Assembly (NCBI GenBank): GCA_020697715.1
Contig: JAEHCO010000002.1
Coordinates: 160,001 to 224,000, forward strand
Direction: 5' to 3'
DNA length: 64,000 bases
Source of the DNA: Methanobacteriota archaeon
GTDB lineage: Archaea; Thermoplasmatota; Thermoplasmata; SG8-5; JAGLSY01
Shown here: positions 55,294-64,000 of the stretch, one piece after another
Position numbering within the stretch: position 1 is the stretch's first letter
Layout of the letters: every line of letters begins with the position of its first letter
Position numbers and translations under genes: made by a program
Notes under the pieces: generated by a model
The model's input: only the letters and a program-made list of their open reading frames with translations
The model's database searches: none
Told to the model about the DNA's origin: nothing

Positions 55294-56384
55294 ATATGCC
55301 CAAGATCCTCTCTCTGCACAGTGAGGGTTCCATCCAGCTTCCTGAAAGTGAAGTCATCCACTTCTGCCGGATATTCATTGTAATAGAGAATGGACCTCAT
55401 GCCCCATCTTCTGGGCTGTTGGAACCTCCAATAGGCTCTGGCATAGGCCTGTATCTTGATGAACATCTCCTTCTCATCATCCTTGCCAGATACGTAGAAG
55501 ACTGGCAAGCCTCTCTCGACCTCATGCTTGATCTTGATGTCCTTCTTATCGAAAAGGAAGAGCTCCTTTGTGGGGTGGTGATAGAATCTCATGTTCTTTG
55601 ATAATCGAATATCACCCCAGTCCAGCATGGATGTTGGCTTTTCAGTTGTGCGGAATATCTGTGGCCCGAAGAAGGGATTGAAGTATTCGAAATAGCTGCC
55701 ATCCTCACCGTGGCCGATACCCCAGTACCAGGTTGGTGCTGGCGCATTCACGGTCACACGTTGCTCATAGGCGGTTCCTTCAACAGGCTGGCCGTCAATG
55801 GTGCCTTTCATCTTCATGCCGTATATCTTGAGGATATTGTATCCCATCTTTTTGGTGTACTGGCGTTCATTGAAGCGATGCTCCTGCATGTAATCATTCC
55901 AGGGCGTCATCTCGAAATGAAAATCATTCTTGTCGTCCTTGACATTGACCGTGTATTTGTCTGGCCCTCCGAAGAAGCGGTAGTCCGCGCCTTCTACAAG
56001 TGGCTTGAGTTCGCCTTCTTCTCCATCATGGCGAACTTCGAAGTCCATTTCCTTAAGGACCAGAGGGTCGTGCATCTCCTTTCCATCATACCACCAGGCT
56101 GCTGTCATGCCATTGAATCGCATGACACCATCTTCTTTTGTCGTGGGCAGCTGTTTGAGCTTCCATTTCATGTCCATGACCTTGATGTCATCAGTGTATT
56201 TCGTTGACCAGAGTATCATGAACTGCTTTGTCCTGCCAGGATTGTCAGGGTCTTTTATGAAGAATATCCACCACCACCACCACCAGGTGAGATTGGGCAA
56301 CATATTGTCTGTTTTCAATACCCAGATGTTCTCATACGGCTTGTGAGCTTCAGATTCGATTTCATTGACCATTAACATGGACAT
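55254..56384 (-). CDS. hypothetical aromatic-rich protein, possibly tocopherol-cyclase/AttH-like beta fold
   Basis: WWWWWWIFF, GTIDG..VEGTAY, WYWG, EHSWG. Confidence 0.6.
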   Translation of the reverse strand: MSMLMVNEIESEAHKPYENIWVLKTDNMLPNLTWWWWWWIFFIKDPDNPGRTKQFMILWSTKYTDDIKVMDMKWKLKQLPTTKEDGVMRFNGMTAAWWYDGKEMHDPLVLKEMDFEVRHDGEEGELKPLVEGADYRFFGGPDKYTVNVKDDKNDFHFEMTPWNDYMQEHRFNERQYTKKMGYNILKIYGMKMKGTIDGQPVEGTAYEQRVTVNAPAPTWYWGIGHGEDGSYFEYFNPFFGPQIFRTTEKPTSMLDWGDIRLSKNMRFYHHPTKELFLFDKKDIKIKHEVERGLPVFYVSGKDDEKEMFIKIQAYARAYWRFQQPRRWGMRSILYYNEYPAEVDDFTFRKLDGTLTVQREDLGHMGCNVEHSWGKLI

Positions 56385-56467
56385 AGGGACTGGCTAAATA
56401 AATATTTTCTATGATAAATTATAGTGTTAACATCACATAAATATCAAAAGATGATCGATTAAAATAA

Positions 56468-57502
56468 CTAAGGGGAGACGCCACTATCGCCTATGACGAC
56501 ATTGAAATAAGCTTGATTTATGGTCAATGCCGATATTTTGTCGCTGTTAATTCCTAGACTTACTATCTCGGTTGGATCATCGTCATAAGTGGTATTGATC
56601 CAATTTTTGGTGAGGGTGTATTCCGTTCCATCTGCGAAATTATATTTTGCCATCGTATTATTCAGATACGAATACCACGCGCTTCCATAATGAGTGGTCT
56701 GGTTCACATAGATCCAGCCAGTAAGTGCATCTGTTGGGACTGACGCAGTGCTATCCACATCATCATAAGTGGCAGTGGTTGCAGATCTGAGATAAGTGGT
56801 AATTCCTCTATTGTCAAATCCATTGAAGGTCTGATTATTGCCGATCATGGATATCTGGGTGATGACCATGTTATATCTGCTTCCTTCCTGTCTAAAGGTG
56901 ATCTGAGGGGGTGCTTTAACAAGTTCTCCCTCTTTCTGGCTGAGAATTATCGCATCATTCTCATAAACCATGGTCTGGATAACGAAATACCTGTTTGGAA
57001 CAAGAAGTCTGACCATTCCACTGGAATTGCTCCAGAACATACGGTTGCCATCCTCTGGGCTACTAGCACCAGTTACATTGTACACCCAGTTGATCTCTGA
57101 TTTTGAATCTGCCGGGTCTGGATTGACCGATAATTGTCCCATCGTGGGAGCCGCGAACATTGGTATACCCTGCGCTCCCAGGGTTACTGGTGAATAAAGT
57201 GAGACATCGTACTTCCCCATCATTCCTGCCAGTATCTGAATATTGATACTGTGTTTCAGGGTGGCGAACTCTCCTTCCACATCATTCATGTGTGTTGCCT
57301 CATTATCCTCCATCCAGATGGGGACATATTGGTTCATGAACATTGATAAGAATGTGAGAAATATCATCATCGCCATGATGGTACCTATGGTGGAGGATAC
57401 GCCCTCATCATCCCACGATAAGCGGCGGGTCAATCGCTTTATATTGTGACCCTTATTGTTAGAATTCTTCGATAACATGAGGTAATTCCACCACTTCTTC
57501 AA
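56468..57502 (-). CDS. archaeal pilin-like protein with class III signal peptide
   Basis: RRLSWDDEG/VSSTIGTIMAMMIF..YVPIWM..E..HM; exact start uncertain. Confidence 0.75.
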   Translation of the reverse strand: MKKWWNYLMLSKNSNNKGHNIKRLTRRLSWDDEGVSSTIGTIMAMMIFLTFLSMFMNQYVPIWMEDNEATHMNDVEGEFATLKHSINIQILAGMMGKYDVSLYSPVTLGAQGIPMFAAPTMGQLSVNPDPADSKSEINWVYNVTGASSPEDGNRMFWSNSSGMVRLLVPNRYFVIQTMVYENDAIILSQKEGELVKAPPQITFRQEGSRYNMVITQISMIGNNQTFNGFDNRGITTYLRSATTATYDDVDSTASVPTDALTGWIYVNQTTHYGSAWYSYLNNTMAKYNFADGTEYTLTKNWINTTYDDDPTEIVSLGINSDKISALTINQAYFNVVIGDSGVSP

Positions 57503-57713
57503 TTAAGCAAATCTGCTATTTATATGTATCGTGGAATATAGATTTCACCATAAGTAATACGCTGTTTTCGAGTACACTGGCATATATTAATTTCAAATAT
57601 TTTATACAGACTAATTATTGATTAAATAATGATTATTATTGGGTTATAACCACTATATTATTATATACTCTGTGCAAGATACACTATACTATAGAGGCAG
57701 AGAAGGTGATTCT

Positions 57714-60700
57714 TTGAAGAGGAGAATAAGCAGAAAATTAGTTTGGGATGATAGAGGTGTCAGCGAGGTTGTAGGTACGATCTTAATGCTGGCCATAACC
57801 GTTGTACTTTTTTCGAGCATAACCATGTGGGTGAGCAGTATGCCAGAGCCACAGGGTCGCATATATCTCGATATCGAAGGCAGAATTGTCCCTGAAGATA
57901 TAAATGACATTACTCAAGGTGCGGAGATACGTCTATTGCATGTGGGTGGTGTAGATCTCGATAATTTTTGGACAACATTGGTCGTGAAGATCGATGGCAC
58001 GCGTACCATACTGGATATGGAAGACAGCACCACTCCTCTTGGTGATTTTTGGGAAGCCACAGAGACATGGACCTATGATATTGCTGCAGGAGTTCTCACC
58101 AATAACTCTGATGTAAGTGTCTCCATAGTCGATAGGGACGTGGATACCCAGGTATGGGAAGGTTCCCTGATGGGAGAGAACACATGGTTCGAGCCAATAA
58201 TCATGAATGTCTGGATAGACTCAGACCTTGTAAGTGAATTCCCGGATCCTGGTCCTATACTATATTCACCGACTGAATTCATGATATTTGCTCAAATAAT
58301 CGATCCAGAGGGCGACCATCCCGATCATGGATTGAACATAACCAATGTGTGGGTCAATATGACGCCAATTGGTAGAGGCTATGTCCAGTTAACCGATGGT
58401 GATTCCGATAATGTATTTACTGGCACTATACAGGGACCAACTGGTGACTTTGGTATAGGTTACTATGAATTTGTGGTCAATGCCACTGATTATGATGGTA
58501 AGTATGTGGAACAGACATTCAAATTCTCTGTAGGTGGCGATGTTGGGCAGAATCCTCAAATAATCGTTGGTAAGAACAACATTACCTCGGGCGAGAAATA
58601 TATTTGGACTGTGCCAGAGAATCCACTTCATGGAGATACGGTCCAGCTATATGCCAAGATCAGGAACCGCGGGGGAGCTGGAGCCATGGTGGATATAAAT
58701 TTCTGGGATAATACAACTGGAACGAATATCAGCACGGTCCAGGCTTTGATCAACTTTGGAGATTACATTGTGTCCACGCCTTGGCTGGCAAGCCCTGGTG
58801 GATTGCATAATATCACAGTGAATGCCACCGTGAATGAGACCTGGTCCATAAAAAATGGAATATCTGAATTAATTGTCATTGATAATCAAAATAGTACTGA
58901 GGTCATAGTTCTACCGACCATCCTTCTGGTGGATGATGATGCGCATATGAACGATGGCAGTCTGGCGGATACGTCCGCATTCATGCGCGCCTCTCTTGAA
59001 GCCTCTGATTTCAATTATGATTTCACTGTTGTGAGCACAGGTGGGGATGGTCCTGCCTATAATGAAGGTGATTATCGTTTGGAGGAATACGATATCGTGA
59101 TCTGGATGACGGGCTATGAAAAGTCCTATACCTTGAAGGTCAGTGATATGGAGAATATCTGGGCATTCCTGAACAATAGTGGAAGTCTCTGGGTCATCGG
59201 AGAAGGGATATTCGAGGATCCCGTTGTGACAGACCTATTCCTTAGCGACCTTCATGCCACAAGAAAAACAGGTCCCAATCCTAATCCTGTAGATGTATAT
59301 GATCTTAAAGATAGGGACATTTGGGGAATGGCTGGGCATAATGTGACTGATTATTTCTCAGTTAAGAATATCACATTGAGAGAGAGGATAGATGGCTTCT
59401 CAGATGGATATGACCTCGGTTGGGGCTCTGGAGAATTTGCCCTTTTGAACAATGATACAGCTGCTGACATAATACTGGCTACTAATTACAGTGATGATGC
59501 AGGCTTAGGAATGAGAATATTCACCCAATCCTTTGAATTCTCCATGATAGAGACCACGGCGGATATGGCTCAACTTTCATACAAGGTCATCACCTGGCTT
59601 GGAAGGATAGATATGAAGTTCGGAAGGGATCTTGCGGTCTCGGAGCAATTCATATCACCATCCACCGTGTTCTATCAACAGCCAGTTACCATAACTGGTG
59701 TGATACGTAACAATGGTTTTGCCATAGAACCATCTGTCAATTGGTCACTGACCATTACAGAGCCTGATGGGACTGAATGGAACTTCAAAAGCACAGACCC
59801 AACCGATGAAGACGGTAATGTGTCTTTGGGCATTGGGCAGGATAATTCATACACTATAATCAGGGAATGGACACCCCGTTTAGTTGGTATTCACACTATT
59901 GTCTTTGAGGTCGATCCAGATAATCAGATAATCGAGACCAATGAGGATAATAATGTGTTATCTGACCTGCTTGAGTCTGGTGAGATTAATGTTCAATACA
60001 TTGTACTGGTTGTGAACGATGAATCAATTGGTGGGATAAATGAAACTGGGAATATTACAAGCGCTCTTGATTCATTGAACTATGATTATGACCTTATCAA
60101 TGGGACTGAGGCCAATGATACCACACTCACGAAATACAATGCCATCATCTGGGTCGGAGGAGATACTTTTGATCCATTGTCTACTGAGCAACAGGAGAAT
60201 ATCACTCTTTATCTTAATGCAAATGGTCGATTCTGGCTGACTGGCAGGGATTGTGTTGGCGATGACATAGATACCGATTTAGAGATAGATTATTTCCAAT
60301 TGAATACCATAACGACAAATGTGGCAATGCCATCAACATTACAAGGTTTGGACACAAACCCCTTGGCTCCAAACCCGATCACACATGGTATGAAATACGA
60401 ATCGAATGGAACTCATGATTGTGACTCGATAACTGGATCATCGGCAGATAATGTGACTGGTATATTATATCAAGATAAAACTGCTGGGATCAATGGAACA
60501 TTCAATGGCATCAGTTATGACAGCGGGACATACCGAACCGTGGTAACGACCTTTGCCATTAACTCGCTCAATTCCACTGATGACAGAGAGGAACTGGTCT
60601 TCATGATCCTCCACTGGTTCGATAAGCCAGATGAGAGAACCGAGCTCAGAATAACCGATTCAGATATCAAGATAAGGGATTCTGTGGGTATAATGACACA

Positions 60701-63188
60701 CCCACAGATAGGGGATGCATACATCCTCCAGGCAACAGTGCATAATCCTGGAGGCGCCGATGCCAATTTCCTTGTAAGGTTCATGGATGGCACGACCCAG
60801 ATAGGAGCAGACTCTGTGTCCATATCCGCGAATGGAAGGACAACGTCTGAAATAGTCTGGATACCTCTCTTTGCAGGACAAAGGAATATCAATGTCTTCA
60901 TAGATCCGCTCAATGAGGCCGATGAGATATTCGAGACATCCAATAATCTGGCGACCAAGCCCATTTACGTTTACTTCTTCTGGGATGACATGGAGAATGG
61001 AACATACAGATGGCAGCACTCCAGTACCGTGATGCTAATAAACGGAGAAACACCATTGGATTATTTCTCCGAGACCGCACTGTACACGGATATCGCGACA
61101 GAGTGGAATGAGACCGTGAATGTATCCGAATGTACTGATCCAGGCTTCTTCAATTCCTATGATAAATCCTTCTGGATGCAGGAGCCACCAGGTAATCTGA
61201 CCGCTCAGTCGGTGACGAGGGCAGTAATGGAGCCCGAGATTAATGCTATCTTGAATGAAACACGATACATGGACGATGATAATGTTGTGGTGAATGGTGC
61301 AGATGCTAATGACCTTACACTTACTCAGACTGCTGGTAGTGAATTCACTGAATCGCCTCTTGTAGGAACTGGAACTACAATATATACAGGCATGATGGTC
61401 TATATACGCAATCCTCAGGGTGTAAAAACATTGATATCTGGAGGAGTTGTCGGAACCGTTGCAAGGGCATGGGCAAATAATGCTGGTGGCCTCCAAAGCA
61501 CAACCTGGACGCCCCCTTCGACAGCTATGGTTGCCAATGAATCAATAGAGATTGAGATATATCAGTCTATGAACGTTGATCCACCAGTAGATTTTGCAAC
61601 CAATTTCACAACAGAGCAACTTGGAGCAAATAATCTAGAAAATGTTTCCTGGACCATCTATTATTACACACATGGGGCTAAATCAGGTGGTTCGGAGAGA
61701 GGTCGTTTCTACTATGGTGACGCAACTTACAATTCCCGAATAGAGAATTTCCAGTATAATTTAGCAAATCTGCCACCTACAATAGGCACTCCAAGTCCTG
61801 CCAATGTTACAGTTGGAAATCCAACTAACGTGAACCTAACATGGATGTCTGGTGATGCAGATAATGATACAGTATACTTCGATGTCTATCTTGGTTATCT
61901 TGGAGATGATATTGGAGATATGACCCTCATTGCTAATGACATCACAAACAATTATTTCGAGGTCACTGGTCTTGATGAAGATGTCATATATTCCTGGATC
62001 GTGGAGTGTGATGATACCTTTAACCCTGTTGTTAGTAGCCCGACCTGGGTATTTGCCACAGCAGGTATAGAAAGTGGAGGTAGTGGAGCATTCTGGGGTC
62101 TAACACCAAATGGAACTGCCAATATCAATAAAACAGCGATCACTGAAAGTGTTGACCTGAGCAATACTGAATCATCCACCTTGTCATTCTGGCACAAATA
62201 CAATATGATATCCGGAGTGAATGGCGGTGTGCTGATGGTGGGTTATAAGGAATCTGCTGGAAGTGATTTCAAATACAAATATGTCATTCCATCAAATGCC
62301 TATACTGGCAGTCTTTTAACCAATGACACTGCTAGGCAAGATGACTTCGGAACCTGGATGAGATGGGCCTGGAATGGTGTCAGCACCCGCGGAACATTTG
62401 GCTGGGAAAAGGTCACCTTAGATGTTCTGCCATATGTGCCCAATACGACCAATGCCACATACAATTACCGATCAGATGTGCGCATCCAGTTCGCTTATTA
62501 CCAGTATGGTAGCGGTAGTGGCTATGGATGGTACATAGATGATGTCCGAATTGAAGCATCTAGATCTGATTATGTGGCCCCTAATTCAAATGTCGCAGAT
62601 GTCTGGAACCTTACCGATGAGGACTCTCATAGTGGCGACTGGTCATGGAGCAATTATGATCCTGATGATCAAGATGGTATGAAGCCCGGTATAGACAATT
62701 CCTTGATGACAAATCCGATCGATCTTACGAATGCCAGATGGGCCGAGTTCAGCGCTTACTTCAAGTTCAATATAAACACAGAGAATGGTGCGCCACCAGA
62801 TGGTTTCAGAATTGAAGTGACCTCGGACAATGGTGTCACATGGAAGGATATGACCCTTGGTGTTAGATCTGCCTGGGGTGTTTCTGGTACTGGTACTGAT
62901 CTGGATGACAATAATTCTGATGATAAGTCTTACACTGGAATTCCAGATTCTGGTGAGGGAAATGCTGTAGTGGATGGTTATTGGGTGGAAGCTGGAACCC
63001 TGACACGTCTCAATATCGATCTCACACCATACTCAGGCAAGGCCATACAGATAAGGTTCAGGGTGGTAACCACTCTGACCGTTCCTGCCACTGCATATGA
63101 TCATTATGCAGATGATACAGTGGGCTTTGGAGGATTCTGGGTAGATGATGTGATAGTGCGTGGAGAGACCACGAATGTATACGGATAG
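57714..63188 (+). CDS. giant type IV pilin-domain (DUF1628-like) surface protein with CARDB and beta-sandwich domains
   Basis: TTG start after a GGTGA SD; WDDRG/VSEVVGTILMLAITVVLFS, LHVGG, VDPDNQIIETNEDNN (CARDB), IDLT..FKFN..DGFRIEV. Confidence 0.85.
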   Translation: MKRRISRKLVWDDRGVSEVVGTILMLAITVVLFSSITMWVSSMPEPQGRIYLDIEGRIVPEDINDITQGAEIRLLHVGGVDLDNFWTTLVVKIDGTRTILDMEDSTTPLGDFWEATETWTYDIAAGVLTNNSDVSVSIVDRDVDTQVWEGSLMGENTWFEPIIMNVWIDSDLVSEFPDPGPILYSPTEFMIFAQIIDPEGDHPDHGLNITNVWVNMTPIGRGYVQLTDGDSDNVFTGTIQGPTGDFGIGYYEFVVNATDYDGKYVEQTFKFSVGGDVGQNPQIIVGKNNITSGEKYIWTVPENPLHGDTVQLYAKIRNRGGAGAMVDINFWDNTTGTNISTVQALINFGDYIVSTPWLASPGGLHNITVNATVNETWSIKNGISELIVIDNQNSTEVIVLPTILLVDDDAHMNDGSLADTSAFMRASLEASDFNYDFTVVSTGGDGPAYNEGDYRLEEYDIVIWMTGYEKSYTLKVSDMENIWAFLNNSGSLWVIGEGIFEDPVVTDLFLSDLHATRKTGPNPNPVDVYDLKDRDIWGMAGHNVTDYFSVKNITLRERIDGFSDGYDLGWGSGEFALLNNDTAADIILATNYSDDAGLGMRIFTQSFEFSMIETTADMAQLSYKVITWLGRIDMKFGRDLAVSEQFISPSTVFYQQPVTITGVIRNNGFAIEPSVNWSLTITEPDGTEWNFKSTDPTDEDGNVSLGIGQDNSYTIIREWTPRLVGIHTIVFEVDPDNQIIETNEDNNVLSDLLESGEINVQYIVLVVNDESIGGINETGNITSALDSLNYDYDLINGTEANDTTLTKYNAIIWVGGDTFDPLSTEQQENITLYLNANGRFWLTGRDCVGDDIDTDLEIDYFQLNTITTNVAMPSTLQGLDTNPLAPNPITHGMKYESNGTHDCDSITGSSADNVTGILYQDKTAGINGTFNGISYDSGTYRTVVTTFAINSLNSTDDREELVFMILHWFDKPDERTELRITDSDIKIRDSVGIMTHPQIGDAYILQATVHNPGGADANFLVRFMDGTTQIGADSVSISANGRTTSEIVWIPLFAGQRNINVFIDPLNEADEIFETSNNLATKPIYVYFFWDDMENGTYRWQHSSTVMLINGETPLDYFSETALYTDIATEWNETVNVSECTDPGFFNSYDKSFWMQEPPGNLTAQSVTRAVMEPEINAILNETRYMDDDNVVVNGADANDLTLTQTAGSEFTESPLVGTGTTIYTGMMVYIRNPQGVKTLISGGVVGTVARAWANNAGGLQSTTWTPPSTAMVANESIEIEIYQSMNVDPPVDFATNFTTEQLGANNLENVSWTIYYYTHGAKSGGSERGRFYYGDATYNSRIENFQYNLANLPPTIGTPSPANVTVGNPTNVNLTWMSGDADNDTVYFDVYLGYLGDDIGDMTLIANDITNNYFEVTGLDEDVIYSWIVECDDTFNPVVSSPTWVFATAGIESGGSGAFWGLTPNGTANINKTAITESVDLSNTESSTLSFWHKYNMISGVNGGVLMVGYKESAGSDFKYKYVIPSNAYTGSLLTNDTARQDDFGTWMRWAWNGVSTRGTFGWEKVTLDVLPYVPNTTNATYNYRSDVRIQFAYYQYGSGSGYGWYIDDVRIEASRSDYVAPNSNVADVWNLTDEDSHSGDWSWSNYDPDDQDGMKPGIDNSLMTNPIDLTNARWAEFSAYFKFNINTENGAPPDGFRIEVTSDNGVTWKDMTLGVRSAWGVSGTGTDLDDNNSDDKSYTGIPDSGEGNAVVDGYWVEAGTLTRLNIDLTPYSGKAIQIRFRVVTTLTVPATAYDHYADDTVGFGGFWVDDVIVRGETTNVYG

Positions 63189-63199
63189 GAGGTAAAATA

Positions 63200-64000
63200 A
63201 TGGATTTCGAAAGAAGAATGAAAAGGAAGATCGCCTGGGACAATAGGGGTGTGTCAGAGGTCATTGGAACCATTCTTACGATGAGCATTACCGTCGTCCT
63301 TTTTTCCAGCATCATCTTGATGGTGGGACGATTTCCAGCACCTGGAAGTAATGCATTTGTAACTCTATCTGGAACCGTGGATCCACAGAATGATTGGGCT
63401 GATGGGGCGTATATCAATCTCACCAATACGGGCGGGATTACCTTGACAAGCCTTTTTACCCAGATATACATGAAAATAGATGGCACATCTTATAGCCTTG
63501 AAACAAGAGGAGTAGATAGTGGCATGCCTTATGGTCTGATAGGGACCAATGTCGATTGGGAGGTCGGTGATACGTGGTCTATCAAGATCCCTGCGGGCGA
63601 TATCTCAGCGCTATCGAAGATCGATGTAGCTATCATTGATGTCAATAAGGATACAGTTGTATGGACCCATGAACTATTTGGTGGTGGCCAGTCTCTTTCT
63701 CCTGTGGTTATAGAAGGATGGGTGGATTCGGATACGAAAACACCAAGGCAGGACCCCATAAGGTTCAATCATCCCTTTACTTTCTTTGTCAAGATAATGG
63801 ATCCTAATAATGATCTAGATCCTAATTCTGTCTATGTGGATATGTCTGATATTGGTCTTAGCTCAAGCAAGCTGATGATCGATGATGATAATGATGGTAC
63901 TTTTGTGAATGTCAGCATGATGGGCGGGCACATAACTGTCGGATACTACAAGTTCATAGTCTATGTCAGTGACATGTCGGGAAATAAAATATCCAGTACT
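63200..64000 (+). CDS. second pilin-domain surface protein, paralog of the upstream gene; truncated by the window end
   Basis: GGAGG SD, ATG 63200, MDFERRMKRKIAWDNRG/VSEVIGTILTMSITVVLFSS. No stop before the edge, so absent from the ORF track. Confidence 0.85.
   Translation, partial: MDFERRMKRKIAWDNRGVSEVIGTILTMSITVVLFSSIILMVGRFPAPGSNAFVTLSGTVDPQNDWADGAYINLTNTGGITLTSLFTQIYMKIDGTSYSLETRGVDSGMPYGLIGTNVDWEVGDTWSIKIPAGDISALSKIDVAIIDVNKDTVVWTHELFGGGQSLSPVVIEGWVDSDTKTPRQDPIRFNHPFTFFVKIMDPNNDLDPNSVYVDMSDIGLSSSKLMIDDDNDGTFVNVSMMGGHITVGYYKFIVYVSDMSGNKISST

Overview
Archaeal chromosomal window, most likely an uncultured Thermoplasmatota. This is inferred from the archaeal type II GAPDH, archaeal hpt, a proteasome-alpha paralog, a SAMP/UbaA/NcsA sulfur relay, class III pilin signal peptides and an unlinked 5S rRNA gene. 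All calls come from reading motifs by eye; no database searches were run. The main accessory feature is a visibly AT-rich defence-like island (~5.9-16 kb). It holds a TGT/DpdA-like transglycosylase, a divergent QueC, an ArcS/DUF5591-like protein, a PUA-like protein, a 773-aa protein with two degenerate restriction-endonuclease-like folds, a wHTH regulator and a circularly permuted amino-methyltransferase. These are followed by a DpnI-wH-HNH nuclease, two PD-(D/E)XK proteins and an RNase III domain. The core is a candidate archaeal 7-deazaguanine (archaeosine-type) modification/defence system that fits neither canonical dpd nor type IV CBASS/Qat. Other notable items are a ribbon-helix-helix/proteasome-alpha fusion with an upstream inverted repeat, and a multi-TM longin/roadblock-like protein next to two tandem Rab-like GTPases. 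Two covarying structured repeats flank the 5S rRNA and a methyltransferase gene, and a gene 3' end is duplicated over 40 bp. Several giant surface and pilin-like proteins are also present.
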